The translations under genes and the position numbers were made by a program. 64,000 nt of DNA, from the NCBI GenBank assembly GCA_022813865.1, contig JALDZX010000023.1:62001-126000 (forward strand), in the 5' to 3' direction. The notes under the pieces are model-generated. The model saw nothing but the letters and a program-made list of their open reading frames with translations, had not been told where the DNA came from and made no database searches. The DNA is from Xylographa opegraphella (Eukaryota). Below, piece by piece: positions 38,946-51,228 of this stretch. Numbering within the stretch: position 1 is the stretch's first letter; each line of letters begins with the position of its first letter.

Positions 38946-39790
38946 ATGGGGAATAGGTATGGTCCCATGTCTACCACCGAACCCGACTGTACGATTTGCT
39001 GTGGACAAGACACTTGCAATGCGACTCATATCTCTTTGTAAGATCCATAAGATACTCGGGCCACAGCTGACCACCTCCCAGACAGTCCAAGCTCTCGCAA
39101 GATGAGCTTATACAACTCCAGAAAGAAACACACTTCGACAAGAAGGAACTCCAACAATGGTATAAAGGTGCGCGCATCCCTCGAAACTCTTTTACTGAAA
39201 CTCTTTTTTCGTATGTCGTCTCAATCACTTTTTCTGATCCACACATCATGCAGGCTTCCTCAAGGACTGCCCCTCAGGCATGCTCACCAAACCCGAATTC
39301 CAGAAGATCTACCGGCAATTCTTCCCCTTTGGCGACCCGACCTCCTTCGCAGACTACGTCTTCAACGTCTTTGACAAGGACAAGTCCGGCAGCATCGACT
39401 TCAAAGAGTTCATCTGCGCACTGAGCGTCACGTCGCGGGGCAAGATGGAGGATAAGCTGGACTGGGCGTTCCAGCTGTACGACATCGACGGCGACGGGCA
39501 CATCAGCTACAACGAGATGCTGCAGATCGTGGAGGCGATATACAAAATGGTAACCGAGTTTCCGTCTTAGTGTGTCGTGTGAATCGGGGCTGACTGTGGA
39601 CACTTCTCAGGTGGGCTCGATGGTGAAGCTGCCGCCGGACGAGGACACGCCGGAGAAGCGGGTCAAGAAGATATTCCGGATGATGGACAAGGACGAGAAC
39701 GGCTCGTTGGACATGTCGGAGTTCAAGGAAGGAAGCCAGCGGGACGAGACGATCGTGTCGGCGCTGTCGCTGTACGATGGCCTAGTTTGA
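38946..39790 (+). CDS. FRQ1: Neuronal calcium sensor NCS-1/Frequenin (N-myristoylated EF-hand protein; 4 exons)
   Basis: Spliced MGNRQSKLS...[20 protein letters not shown]...FFPFGDP; EF hands [25 protein letters not shown] and [13 protein letters not shown]; ends LSLYDGLV*. Confidence 0.96.
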
Positions 39791-40396
39791 GCTGGCGGGC
39801 CTTGACTTGTCCGTTTGTATAGTGTTTCATTAGGATTCTTAGCGGGTTCTCCTAGGGTTCTTGCGTGTATGATTGATGAGGGGCATTTAGAATATGGCAG
39901 TAAGAGTGAGAATTCATCAAGAGGAACTCAATGTACATGGCGCCGTTTTCCAGCATTCCGAACCCATCAAGTGCAGCGTCAATTTGGTGTAGATTATTGG
40001 CACTGGAGCACACGAGGAAGCAGTCCACACAGGACGCCAAGACTTTCACGTCTCAACTTCACAAGCCGATGAAGCGCAGCAAGAAGATGTCACACCAATG
40101 CATGTGAGAGACGGTTCTATTAAAGCCTGATTGCAACCAAGCATGCCCTGTCTACCTACACCAGCACCACTAGTAAAATACATGTAGGTGAAGAAACACT
40201 TCGTGTGCAGAACCAAACAGAGCCTAAGACCGTCCGGCATGCATTCGTACCAGTACTGTCATCACTTGACCATTGTCATCACTCTTCACGCCGTCTAGCA
40301 AATTCTAAATATGGACATTAGTTTCTGTCTGCTTAGAAACATGTTCTTGTCTTTTATTGTTTCCGAGCTGGCTATTGCCCAGCATTATTGAAGGCT

Positions 40397-42062
40397 TTAT
40401 AGCGCAGTCTGAGCCTGTCCACCGAACTGAGACTTTTCGTATTGCTCTTGGTGAGATGCCACCCCTGGCACGGGTTCCTGCTTGGGGGCATGGGGAAAAT
40501 CCGAGGAACTGTACAAAGGCGGGGCGTCCGGGCCTGACTTGAACGGGTTATTGCTGGTAGAATTACTGCCAGTAGAATTGACCTGCTGGTTGACCTGCTG
40601 CTTAGCGTTGCCGACGGCAACTGATGTACGGTCTTTAGCAGCACCCATGTATTCTTGAGCTTTGGCACTGTACGTGGATGTCTGAGCTTTCACAGTCTCT
40701 GTGAGGCGTGCGGTATGATGTCCGGCCAGGTCTTGAACTTGCTTAGCCTGTGCATTTGCAATGTTGGATGCATTCGCAATGTGATGGTCAATAAGTTCCT
40801 TGTTGCTGATGTAAATCAATGGTGCAAGATACATGACCGAGACGGCAATAAGAGAGAGGCCCCAGAACGGAAGTAACTTGATCAGACCGTGAGAGATCAA
40901 GGCAGCTGCGAAAGCCTTGGTTCATGTCAGCACTCGGCTACTGAGCGGTCGCTCCTGATATTAGCCACTTACAGTGACAGTAGCGAGTACGTTCTCAGCG
41001 AAAAGCACACGTTGAAACTCAATAACAAAGAAGTTGATAAGTTGCTCAACGTCCTCTAACGATGATTCCAGTGTTTCCCGTGGGATAGTGTAGTATTTCC
41101 TTGGTCTGAAAGAAGAAGCAAGACCCTGGTTGAGGACAAGCTTTCCAGCAACTTCGGCCGACGCAGCAACTGGTCAACTGTCAGACATGGTACACAATGG
41201 AGACTGATAACTACTAACTTCCCAAGGTCATCCAGAGAATCTTGAACGACCATCGTAGTGCTGGTAGATAGCGAGCTCCAAATATGAATAGGACTGTGGT
41301 GAGGAAGGAGATGGCGGTAGCACGTGGGTTCTCCCACTACTTTGATTAGCAAGGTTGATGCCACTGGTAGATGTCAACCATACACTGAGGAGATTGTAGA
41401 AGAAAGAATGGTAGTCTGTAATTGCAGGCAAGTCAGTCAAGGCTCCTACAGTCATGAAGTGGGCTACGCACGAGTCAAAGGTTGACCAGTCGCAGTCTTG
41501 GTGTCAGGGGTGGTCCGAGCATTGGCAAGGTTGCTAAATTCCGACGTGGTCTTTGCATGTTGGTCCTTGACACTCTCCGCGACCGGTCCTATGGTTTGTT
41601 AGCATGACTGAGGACTGCCAACGATGATACGGCTGACTATGCAGGCTGTTAGCTATGCCTAATACTATTTGGAAGCCGCGGCGTCACATACCAAACCAGA
41701 ACTAATGGTATCCTTCACATTCTGCGTCACTGGATGGTTGGCAACTGTGTTGAAAGCTGATTGAGCATCTATATCACCAAGGTCAGACATTTATGGGATG
41801 TCACGCGAGCTGTTCGCGATACTAGTAACGAGCTCAGGTCAGCGGATAAGGCCCAAAGTAAAGGAAGAATTAATCGTACCTCACTGCCATAAACGGCGTT
41901 CTTTGCGTCTTCCATAGAGGTATTGCCGTTGACACCCGAAGTGCCATTTGTGGACGACAATGTCGGAATTCTCATCTCCGAAGGGTGCGAGATCTCCCCG
42001 AGCTGCGGAGGGGAATCTGTCTGGGTACTCCCAAGATTGATCGACTCTGGAGGAGCTGACAT
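40397..42062 (-). CDS. RTN1: Reticulon-like ER-shaping protein (Rtn1/Cwl1 type; 7 exons; first two intervening sequences are nested)
   Basis: Spliced GPVAESVKDQ...TTSEFSNLANAR...GQPLTHYHSFFYNLLSWENPRATAISF...FRPRKYYTIPRETLE...INFFVIEFQRVLFAEN...PLIYISNKELID. Confidence 0.9.
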
Positions 42063-43123
42063 CGTGGGGATTTGAAGTACGAGTGGATGATGTGAAGGAG
42101 TTGGATGATAAGGGTGTGAAGTTGTGGTGAAATGGGGGAGTGTAGAAGTAAAGAAAAGATGGATTGGAGTTCAACAGGAGATAATTCAGGTTTCGTGGCG
42201 CACGTCCTTCCGTAGCGATGACGCCTCAATCCGCTAAAGAGAGCAATGGCTTTGTCAACTGTTTCAACGGCCACACCCACAGTTTCATCCACTTAGTGAG
42301 TAACCACCGCTTACATTATGCTGCTTCCGGTCGTGAAAGCGAGGCAAGAATTGAACAGTAGCCAAAGTGCATCCTTGCTTTTATTAGTTTCCCCCCAAAC
42401 ATCAGAGCATTGGCATCAAACCACATCACACCCACGTCAAGAGACGCGTCGAGCAAGTCCGTGCTGCATTTTGCATGTGACAGCCCGCACGCGACCATGC
42501 GTGGCTCAGGCCCAAGGCCAAGGTCAGCCATATCAGCTCTACACTCCTCCGTCCGGACGACTACACGATTACACGTATCTACCCTTTCAGCGTTGCCAAT
42601 GCTACAATTGATGTACCGAAGAGCGGTGTGATCGCTCATCGCCGTAGCATGGCGACCGTCCTTCGTCGGTAAGTGGCCTGAGCACACCGCCCGGCGATTC
42701 AGAGCTGGAGCTGTGCTCATATCGAAATTGAAGGGCTGGGAAATCAAGCATAAAACTCTCCCGTGCGAAAGCGAGTCATTGCGTCGCTACATTTCTTTCC
42801 TCTCTGGCTGCCGTGCTGAAAGGCCCAGCAGCATCCGAATACGGAAGAGAAGCAAAGTTTATATCGGTCTCTGATGTCGAATGACTGCCAAAGAGTCCAC
42901 CAAACATCTTGCGTTGATGATTCAGTGTGTCGCTAAGATCAAGAACACTTCATTCCTCGTGCTAATTCATCCTTATCTACTGTCGTCCATACATTCCGTG
43001 TCGGATATGCTGTCGAACCACCCACCACAATATCCAACAGCCACATGTGCTCATAACATAATTTCCCAAACAGACATTATTCATTACCGTTGAATCATAA
43101 CTCTCGTCACTCGTGCAAAGTTC

Positions 43124-44587
43124 TCATGAAGACGCGCGCCGTTTTTTCGTTCCATCCTTAAGTGTTGCATCGGCGAAATGCAACTGCATCAAGAGGTATG
43201 CTGCTCTGGTGTCTTTGGTTGACATTGCAGCTCTCCGGCGTTTCTCGGGTAATAAGCCGACCTTGACTGATCGAGGCGAAACGGCTTCGTCGTAGTCCTC
43301 GTCTTCCAGTTCTCCCGCGCGCTGGTCCAGCTGCTCATCCCTCCCACTCTGTGAGCTGTCGGGGGAATTTGGTGGAGCTTCACAGCCACGCCCGGAATTA
43401 GTACTGTCCAAAATCGCGCGATGGAGACGTGGTTCTGGCTCCTGATTCACAGATCTGGGCGTATTCATTGCCGTCCAGCTGAAAGCTGATTTTGGAGAGA
43501 TAGATTGTGGAGATGCAAGGTATTTATCACTTCTATCGGTATCGCTATAGTATCCGCTTTCAGAGTCGAATAGACCGGTAAGACGGGGTCGAAGTGGTCT
43601 GGGTGCCCACTTCGACATGTTAGATGTTGAGACCGGGGTTGTGGGGCTTCCAACCCGAGAGCTTTCGCGAGATGCGGAACGGTACCCATTTGCCTCATCT
43701 GTACACCTCCGAATAATTTGACGGTCGATCACCATGTGGCCGAAGCGGTCTTCACCAGGCTTCACACACTTGAAAACGAAATCTAAGCCAAAAAGTGGTG
43801 TCAAGGCATATCGAATGTGGTAGCAGAAGGTTGCTGCGACAGCTTTCGCAGCTTCAAATGGCATCCAGTAGCCTATGATGGAATCGGTCAGCCAGAGGGT
43901 AGGTCATTACCCTGGCAGTACTTGCCTTGTGCAGCCAATGCTCCTCCAGTAATACTGTGGCAGATCTCACGAAGTCCAGGGTTGCTGTTCAGCATCTTCG
44001 CCGGCATAGTCTGGAGTAATCGTCTTCAGCAATCCCATGTCAAACAACCCTATCATCATGCGCGACATACCTTCGCATACTGGCAGCACTTAAAAAAGGG
44101 AGTGATACGGACCAGACCAACATTGTAGTCCCACATCACAGTGTAAACACGGTCTTCACCCGGGACCTTGAACGTGTACTGAAATACTGGGAATCGAATT
44201 AGCTACGGTCGGTGCCGTCATGGCGCGAATTGCTTGCATACCTTCGAACGCTCCTCGCCCAGTCTTTGCGAGGAACGACTTCTTCTCGCTGTTGTATGGG
44301 ATATGCCTTCGATATTCCGAAATCTGTCCCATCGGATAGATGCTGAACCGGCGATGCTCGGCGGCCAATTTTTCATCTTGAACCTCGCAAGGGGGAAACC
44401 TGACCTCACCCTGAACCTTTCCTCTTGCAAATATTGCCGCATCTTTGGACATTTTTTGCTTTTTGTAAGGAGGACTAGGCTGAGGACTTAACCCTGTCAT
44501 ATACCTTGTCGAGCAAGGACTTGGCAACCGGTCTCGTTCTTCAGCAAAAGACGGAACAGGATTTAGTAGAGAAGCAACGGAAACCAT
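43124..44587 (-). CDS. xbp1: APSES/KilA-N transcription factor, Xbp1-like (4 exons; third intron is GC-AG)
   Basis: Spliced [27 protein letters not shown]...[18 protein letters not shown]...[36 protein letters not shown]. Confidence 0.88.
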
Positions 44588-47500
44588 GGTGATGGAACAA
44601 GCTTGCTAGTGAGGTAAAGATAGTGGAATCAAGCCTGCGTAACCTTGGGAGGCAAGAGTGAATGAAATAGCGCCAAACACTTTTGTCTCGAACGTATTCA
44701 GGACGAGGTTATAGTCCAAGAATTCTGGCAGACGATCAAATTCGAAGACGGCAAGAGCCTCCTATATGTTGGCAAACACGCTTTAAGGCGTAGTCTTCTT
44801 GCGTCGGGCTCAACAACGAATCGCCCAAACGACAGCGAGTCAATGCCGTCAAAACCAGATGCAGATTTCGTCTTTGAGATTCAGCGAGTGAAGTGTTGTT
44901 CCGATGGAGCGGGAAGGAAAGAAGGCAAGAAGAATCATGGAAATGCACACTACCTTTCCTCCTCTTTGTTGGGACTAGTGCAGATATTGATGCAAGTGCT
45001 GTGTATGTCTGAGGGGAAGCAATGCGGTGAAGAAAGGCTATGCCAGATTCGTTGTGAAGATATCGGTGTGTTTGTTTCTGAATGCGCAAGGCTGCCTTTC
45101 ATGCCAGATCTATAGATCTTTCCACGAAACGTGACAAGCACGGAAGACAGCGGTGAAGCAAGCTTTAATGGCAGATTGGTGGATTGCTAGATCACGATGC
45201 GGCCATGTCGACAATCCATTGCTCCATGACCTGGCCCTACCGGCTCGGCGATGAAGCAGGTCGGAACTGCTAGCTTCTCGGAAGCAACCTTCATCGCCTA
45301 GAGTACCATTTCACTCGATAGAGTAATACCGTGGATCACTCATGGAAACAGCTAAAGAGCACCGCGGCTTCTGGTCTCGTAGCCGACCCAGTGCTTCCCC
45401 ATATTCGGATCAGTACGATGCCTCAAAGGAAAAGGGTGGATCATCGAAGTACCCCTGCATCTGTTTCACCACGCTACGCATACATCCGGTCTTTCGAGCC
45501 TGGTCTCTGATGGCCTTTGTCAGGCTTCCTCATCACGGTTTCCATCTCGTTTGGAGCGAGATGCAGCTAACGGTCATAGTGCTGCTACCTCGTACATGAT
45601 TCTAGAATTGGTCTTGCGACCTATAGCCCACGTTTGCCCAATCATGGTTCTTCCATCGTCATTCTCGTTGCTGACAGTGACGCTGGTTATCCTCGATTCA
45701 ATAGCGCTGTCTCCCGTGTTGCCCAATCGGATACTTGCATGTTGGGGCAGCGGATATTTGCCGGTAGCCAAACATTGAAGACAAAGAAAACGTGATCTGA
45801 GAAAGAAGACTTCTGACCGTATTTTGCCTTAGGGACTCGATGCACATGTGCCCAACTTCACTGGTCAAAAGATAAGGATGCCTCCCGCAGTTATTCTCAC
45901 AACAGCATTCCTAATACCACTCGCGGTACAGATTCTTTACTAAGAGATCGATGCGATCAACCGTCTGCGAGGTTGCAGAATCGCGTTGCAGGACTACGAA
46001 TGAGCTGCCTTCAACTGTCATTGAGGCAGATTCCCCCGACACAGAAAGCCATATCTGCAGATAGCCATCGTTTAGCCGTGGCCGCGGTTGAGGATGAAGG
46101 TCGTGCCAGGAGCTTTTGTGCTTCCGATTTGTTCATAACACTGTACTTGAAAAAATTCCAAATAGTTTCGATACGAACTATGCAGTTAAAGGCCAATTGA
46201 TGTTCGACCTCTATTTACGCGCGTAAACATCTGAACCTATAGAAGGGCATACCAAGAACTGCAACATCAAATCCCGGTAGAGGAATAATACCGGGGAGCA
46301 TCACTAGCCTTCTGGTGGTTTACTGTGATGGCTGTTGTTATGGCTATGGCACACTTACTCTATGATGAAGAAAAGGGAACGTAGGTCAGAGACTAATCGC
46401 TATTAATAGCCTTCTCAAACTTATGTTGCCGCTATGTCAGTTCTGCCAAATCAGCCTGTAGCAATACCGATTTTGAATTGCTACTCATTCTGCGATGCGC
46501 CTTCGACACCAATATAGCACTTAGAGCAAGTCCGTGGTTAACTGACTCTATGATGCTCTTGTACGAAGAGCAATATCGTACCTCAGAGACGGCGACTGCG
46601 ACTTGATCTTCTGGAAATAATGAGGATTCTGCGACTGCGCCTTCATTGACATTCTGGTATCTCAGCTTTGCTCACAAGCAACTGGAAGGTGTTCGTCTAT
46701 CAAAATCTGATGCCACGGCATTGCGACCTGGAGCGCCAGTGTCTGTTGCTGCATTTCTTTCCATAATTCCAAAGTTCTTAGATAATCTTGTTCTTCTTAT
46801 TGAGTTTCCTTCGATGGCTTGCTGTACACTGGGGACTGATTTCAAAGACTTTCAACATTGCTCAAGTCTTAGTATCTGCCACGGAGAATGTCTGACCACA
46901 TGCTGAGGAATGGCTGACATATAAAACGTCCTATCAGCTTTCACCGGGACAACACCACAGTCTCCGCTGATTTTTAGCGGCTGCCGCCTTCGACCACATA
47001 ATTCGAGCTACCATTATTGGGGTCGGAAGTGGGTAACGCAAACCCGAAGAGCAGACCAATCATCTGGCACCTCGGACGTTGTGTCATAAAGAGAGGGACT
47101 TCATGCAGCCATCAGACTTCAGGTGTCGCAATACTGCAATCGTCCTCGCCTTTTACCGAGTCTGTCCTACCGACCGAGGCAGATCTGCTGAAGGTTACCT
47201 ACCCGCGATGTTGGCAAGGGCTCACCCTCTGGTCCGAGCGAATCCCAAACAGCAAACCATGACACATGGTTCAACCACCCTAGCTGGTGACTTCTGCATG
47301 GCTCATGCTGTGTTCTCTGCAGGGTCTGTATCAAGGTTTATGTTTTTGCGCGATGCACGTTATCATTCGGTCCTTCGGGCGACCAAAGTGATCGAACATA
47401 CACAAGCTCAGGTCGGCTGAGCGCTGTGATGGCTGGAGCAAGCCTCTAGCATCTGTAGCGAGACAAGCTCCTTTTCTTCAAATGATGGCCCGAGGTAGCA

Positions 47501-50208
47501 CGGGTGTACACGACCTTATCGTCGAGACTGCAAAATCTCAAATCCAGTCACAGTTCGAAAGCTACATCCCCCCACGATTCATTCTGGCAGAACGGCGCTT
47601 GATTGTCCAAATGCCCAATACGCGTTCTCCCGGTAATGTCGTGGCCTGTCCTGTTGCCGTTCTCACAATTTATCAGTCTCAAAGTCCTGGGACGAACGAC
47701 CGGAGTCATAGCTGGGTGATTCATCTTGTGTTACAGCATGTGCATTTTCTAGTGGCGAGCACATGGTTCACACTTTCGATCGGAAGAGATGATCCTCCCT
47801 CGTTGATCCATAGGTCAGAGAACGACTCCCTTTTCTAGACTAAGAGCGCTTATAAATCCGTGAACTCAGTACTACTGAGTCGCTCTGTTTTCCATTGATG
47901 ACAGTTTTCACTGTGCTCTTCCTAGTGTTTACGTTTCCATCCGCGAGTCCTCAAAGTCGTCATTTTTATGCGTGGTCATGCTCCTTCGCGCTCTCCTTTA
48001 ATAGCGATATGGAAGGTTTATGAAAGCAAGCTTCACCGTTCGGAAGTGCGGAGAACAATTGCGCTCTGTTCGTGCGTCGCCCACATTCTATCTCATTCAG
48101 GTGAACACAGTCCTAATGACAGATACACGACTGATTGGTGAAGTTGGTATGGCTGGCAATAATGTATAATAAGCACGCTACACGCTAACCACCTTGTGAC
48201 TGACAACAAGTAATCCAGGAGCCAAGTTTCCCAGCAGACAAGGCTGCTCACAAGTCAGGGAAGGATTCCAAGTCAGAGGATACCCGGCATTGCAGATCAA
48301 TACGCTGCAGGAGGTAAGAAAACGAAAGCCTATAACATTATTCCGTCAAACAACATATCTGAAGGCTCTACCGATGGTACGATTGAGCACGTACAGATTA
48401 CCGATGTTTGACAATAGTTCTGTGCAGTAAGGCGGTGATCTGATGGCAGTATTCTTCGTTGGACGATAAGCATCGTACGGTTCCAAAGTCTGATATTACG
48501 TCCATGCGATGTGGGATTTCTCTTCAGTGTTCCATCGTCGTCTGATGCGGTGTTTCGCTAGAGTTGAGGACGCCAAAGGTGTGGATCATGATATACATAG
48601 ACCTAAGAGGCGAAGGTTATTCTATAAAGCCAAGCGAATGTCACACGATTATCTATGGATCTGTCTACTACAACGCGTTCACAACCCATGTATTGGACTT
48701 CAAGGCCTTTATGACGAGGTCTGAAGCAGGCTGCGTTTTGTGACCCATGCAGTAACATGGAAGCAACTAGTCAGATATATTGACCTAGTCCCATCTGATA
48801 TCTCTGTCTTGTACGTTGGTTATATCATTCTGCTGTTTCATGAAAGTAAATATATCTGAGCAATTCACCACTCTAGTCGTTGTACCCGTGATCTCTTTTT
48901 CTAAAGTTTCCTCCTCGAAAATACCCTCGCCGTATGAAACCAATGGTACGGGGGAGCTTTGCGTCAGAAAATATTAACTGGCGCCCAATCGCGTCTATGC
49001 GTGCCTAAGATTGGTTGTTTTCCTCGGCATAAATGCTCGTGCTGAAATATCTATGGAATTGCCGTCTTGATTTAGCACGAATTTGGAAGATGAAACCATT
49101 GTTGTCTTATATTGCTGGTCATGCCGGGCTATTTTATATTTGTTTATCGTTCTCTCTTGATTGTAATACCATCCGTATCAATGGTTTTGATCTGTATGAC
49201 TTCCTCGTTTACGAATAAGAATTGTTACACCGTCTTATCTCCCGAGCGAATTTTGGTACTGCGGTTATGGCCGACCCTATTACAGCCATTACCGTCAAGA
49301 GCTGCAGCAGTTGACCCAATGCCGCAACTCGCAGCCATCACCCAGCCGCTCTACAGTTCTCTCTGGAAAGTTCAAAGAAGGCCAAACTTGTGATGCTTTC
49401 CATTCGCGATCAATATCCGACCGCTGGCCCTGCAAACGATCGGATCTTGGGTTGCGCGGTAAAACTAGGCGGATGACCCCCGCTGCCGATGAGGCACTCC
49501 TGTCCCGAATGAAGGACTCGATTGGGACACCAAAGACATTCATCGCTGATTTGGGAAGCGGACATTCTCAAACATGGAAGCTGTTCGACTACAGGTAGCT
49601 TTGGCAGACGCGCGAGACTCGTTTGGAATGGAGATACATGGAAAATGCCACCAGGAGCGTATGAGCTATCTTATGGAAGGCATTCATTTTCTGCTCGGGA
49701 TCTTGGAAGCTGTGGGTGTGCTCAGCCGAGAAATAATCATAATGGCAATTCTAACGTTCCCTGGCCCGAACGCGTGAGACCGTACGGAGCTTTTGGACAA
49801 GCATGACTCGATTTTCTAACGGTCCGAGGAGACTGCGCGATCGTTGGGTCGAATCAATTCGATTGTCAATGGCTGAGTCTTTAAGGAATGGGCCAATGTC
49901 GGAGAATGTAAGGCTTGTCTACAAAAAAAAAACAGCTTCGAAGACCAGCTTTTTACAGACTCAGTATACATGCGGAACTACAATCATGACGTCGTCCAAT
50001 GTTCATACATAAATGAGAGCGCTTACTAGATGATGTGTAAGATTACTGATGGTGTCGAAATTGTTTCAGAGGGGTTAAATTTCTGTATTAAGGGGGTTCT
50101 CTGCGACATATATCTAAGCAGAAAAAAAGATGATGGTCATGTGCATGAAGACTTCTCATTATTAGATTTTAAGAACATTAGCTAGTGACCACAGGCTACT
50201 GCATGACT

Positions 50209-51228
50209 TTAGACCAGTTTCAGAACCAGCTTCTTGCCGCTCAGCCCCTTCTTGTGCTGATCGAATGCCGCCTGCACGCTGGGAATCCCTCCATGAATGA
50301 GCTCGATTCCGGGACTTGGGACATAGGTCTTGTTCGCTAACGACTCCGCCAACCAGTCATTAAACAGATAAGCGCCAAATTCCTTCTGGTCGGTGAGGAT
50401 TCGGAACGCCCCAGTGTTCACAACCTCCACGCCCTTCGGCTTTTCCGCATCCTCCGGCCATGGTAGCGTTAAGCATAGTTTCCCGCCGCCGAAGTGCTCC
50501 AGCACCTTCGCCGCCTGTAGCGGCGATCTGTTCTCCGAGATCGCGTCGAAGCCGTACTTGATCTCAACGTTGTGCTCTTTGGCCGCGTTGACGATGTGGT
50601 CGATAACCTTGTCGTCCTTGTAGGCAAAGGTCGCTTTCGCCCCGAGCTTGTTGACCATGTGATGGTGGTGGGCGCTCGCGACGGCGAAGACGGTAAAGCC
50701 TAGCCTGTGCGCAATCTGGACGGCCGCAGAGCCTACGGACGAAGAGCCGCCCCATACGAGGAAGCCGCCGCTCTGCTTGTGCGCGCTCGGGCGGGAGATA
50801 CCCATAGTGGGGAAGATGCCTACACCGGCGGTGGCGACGGCCATGGGGAGAATGGAGCCTTCCTCGAAGGAGATGGCTTCAGGGAGGAGGGTGGTGGCAT
50901 TCTCATAGAGCAGGGTATATTCTTGGAAGGCGCCGTGGTCGGGGTCGTTGTTTGTGATGACGCCCGCGAAGCCAGCGACCCGGTCGCCCTTCTTGAACTT
51001 GGTGACGCCTTCACCAACAGCCTCCACGGTGCCAGCGATGTCGCTGCCAAGTACTACAGGATATTTCTGGATAAAGTAGCCTGTATCTTGAATCTTGTAG
51101 TCGACGGGGTTGGTGGCGAGGGCATGGTTCTTGACTAGGAGTTGGTGGGCTTGGGGTTTGGGGATTGGGCGCTGTTCGACGGAGATGGGGCCCTTGAGCT
51201 TGGTGAGGACGGCGGCGGTGTTGGACAT
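50209..51228 (-). CDS. MDR-family oxidoreductase (enoyl-reductase-like, CipB/ToxD type), intronless
   Basis: Motifs ATNPVDYK, YPVVLGSDIAGTV, GAFQEY and Rossmann LVWGGSSSVG; ends GLSGKKLVLKLV. Confidence 0.92.
   Translation of the reverse strand: MSNTAAVLTKLKGPISVEQRPIPKPQAHQLLVKNHALATNPVDYKIQDTGYFIQKYPVVLGSDIAGTVEAVGEGVTKFKKGDRVAGFAGVITNNDPDHGAFQEYTLLYENATTLLPEAISFEEGSILPMAVATAGVGIFPTMGISRPSAHKQSGGFLVWGGSSSVGSAAVQIAHRLGFTVFAVASAHHHHMVNKLGAKATFAYKDDKVIDHIVNAAKEHNVEIKYGFDAISENRSPLQAAKVLEHFGGGKLCLTLPWPEDAEKPKGVEVVNTGAFRILTDQKEFGAYLFNDWLAESLANKTYVPSPGIELIHGGIPSVQAAFDQHKKGLSGKKLVLKLV

Noticed and set aside
46214..46227. Palindrome TTTACGCGCGTAAA (CGCG core, APSES-site-like) upstream of the APSES gene
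   Set aside because: Single site within chance expectation; no clustering to support autoregulation.
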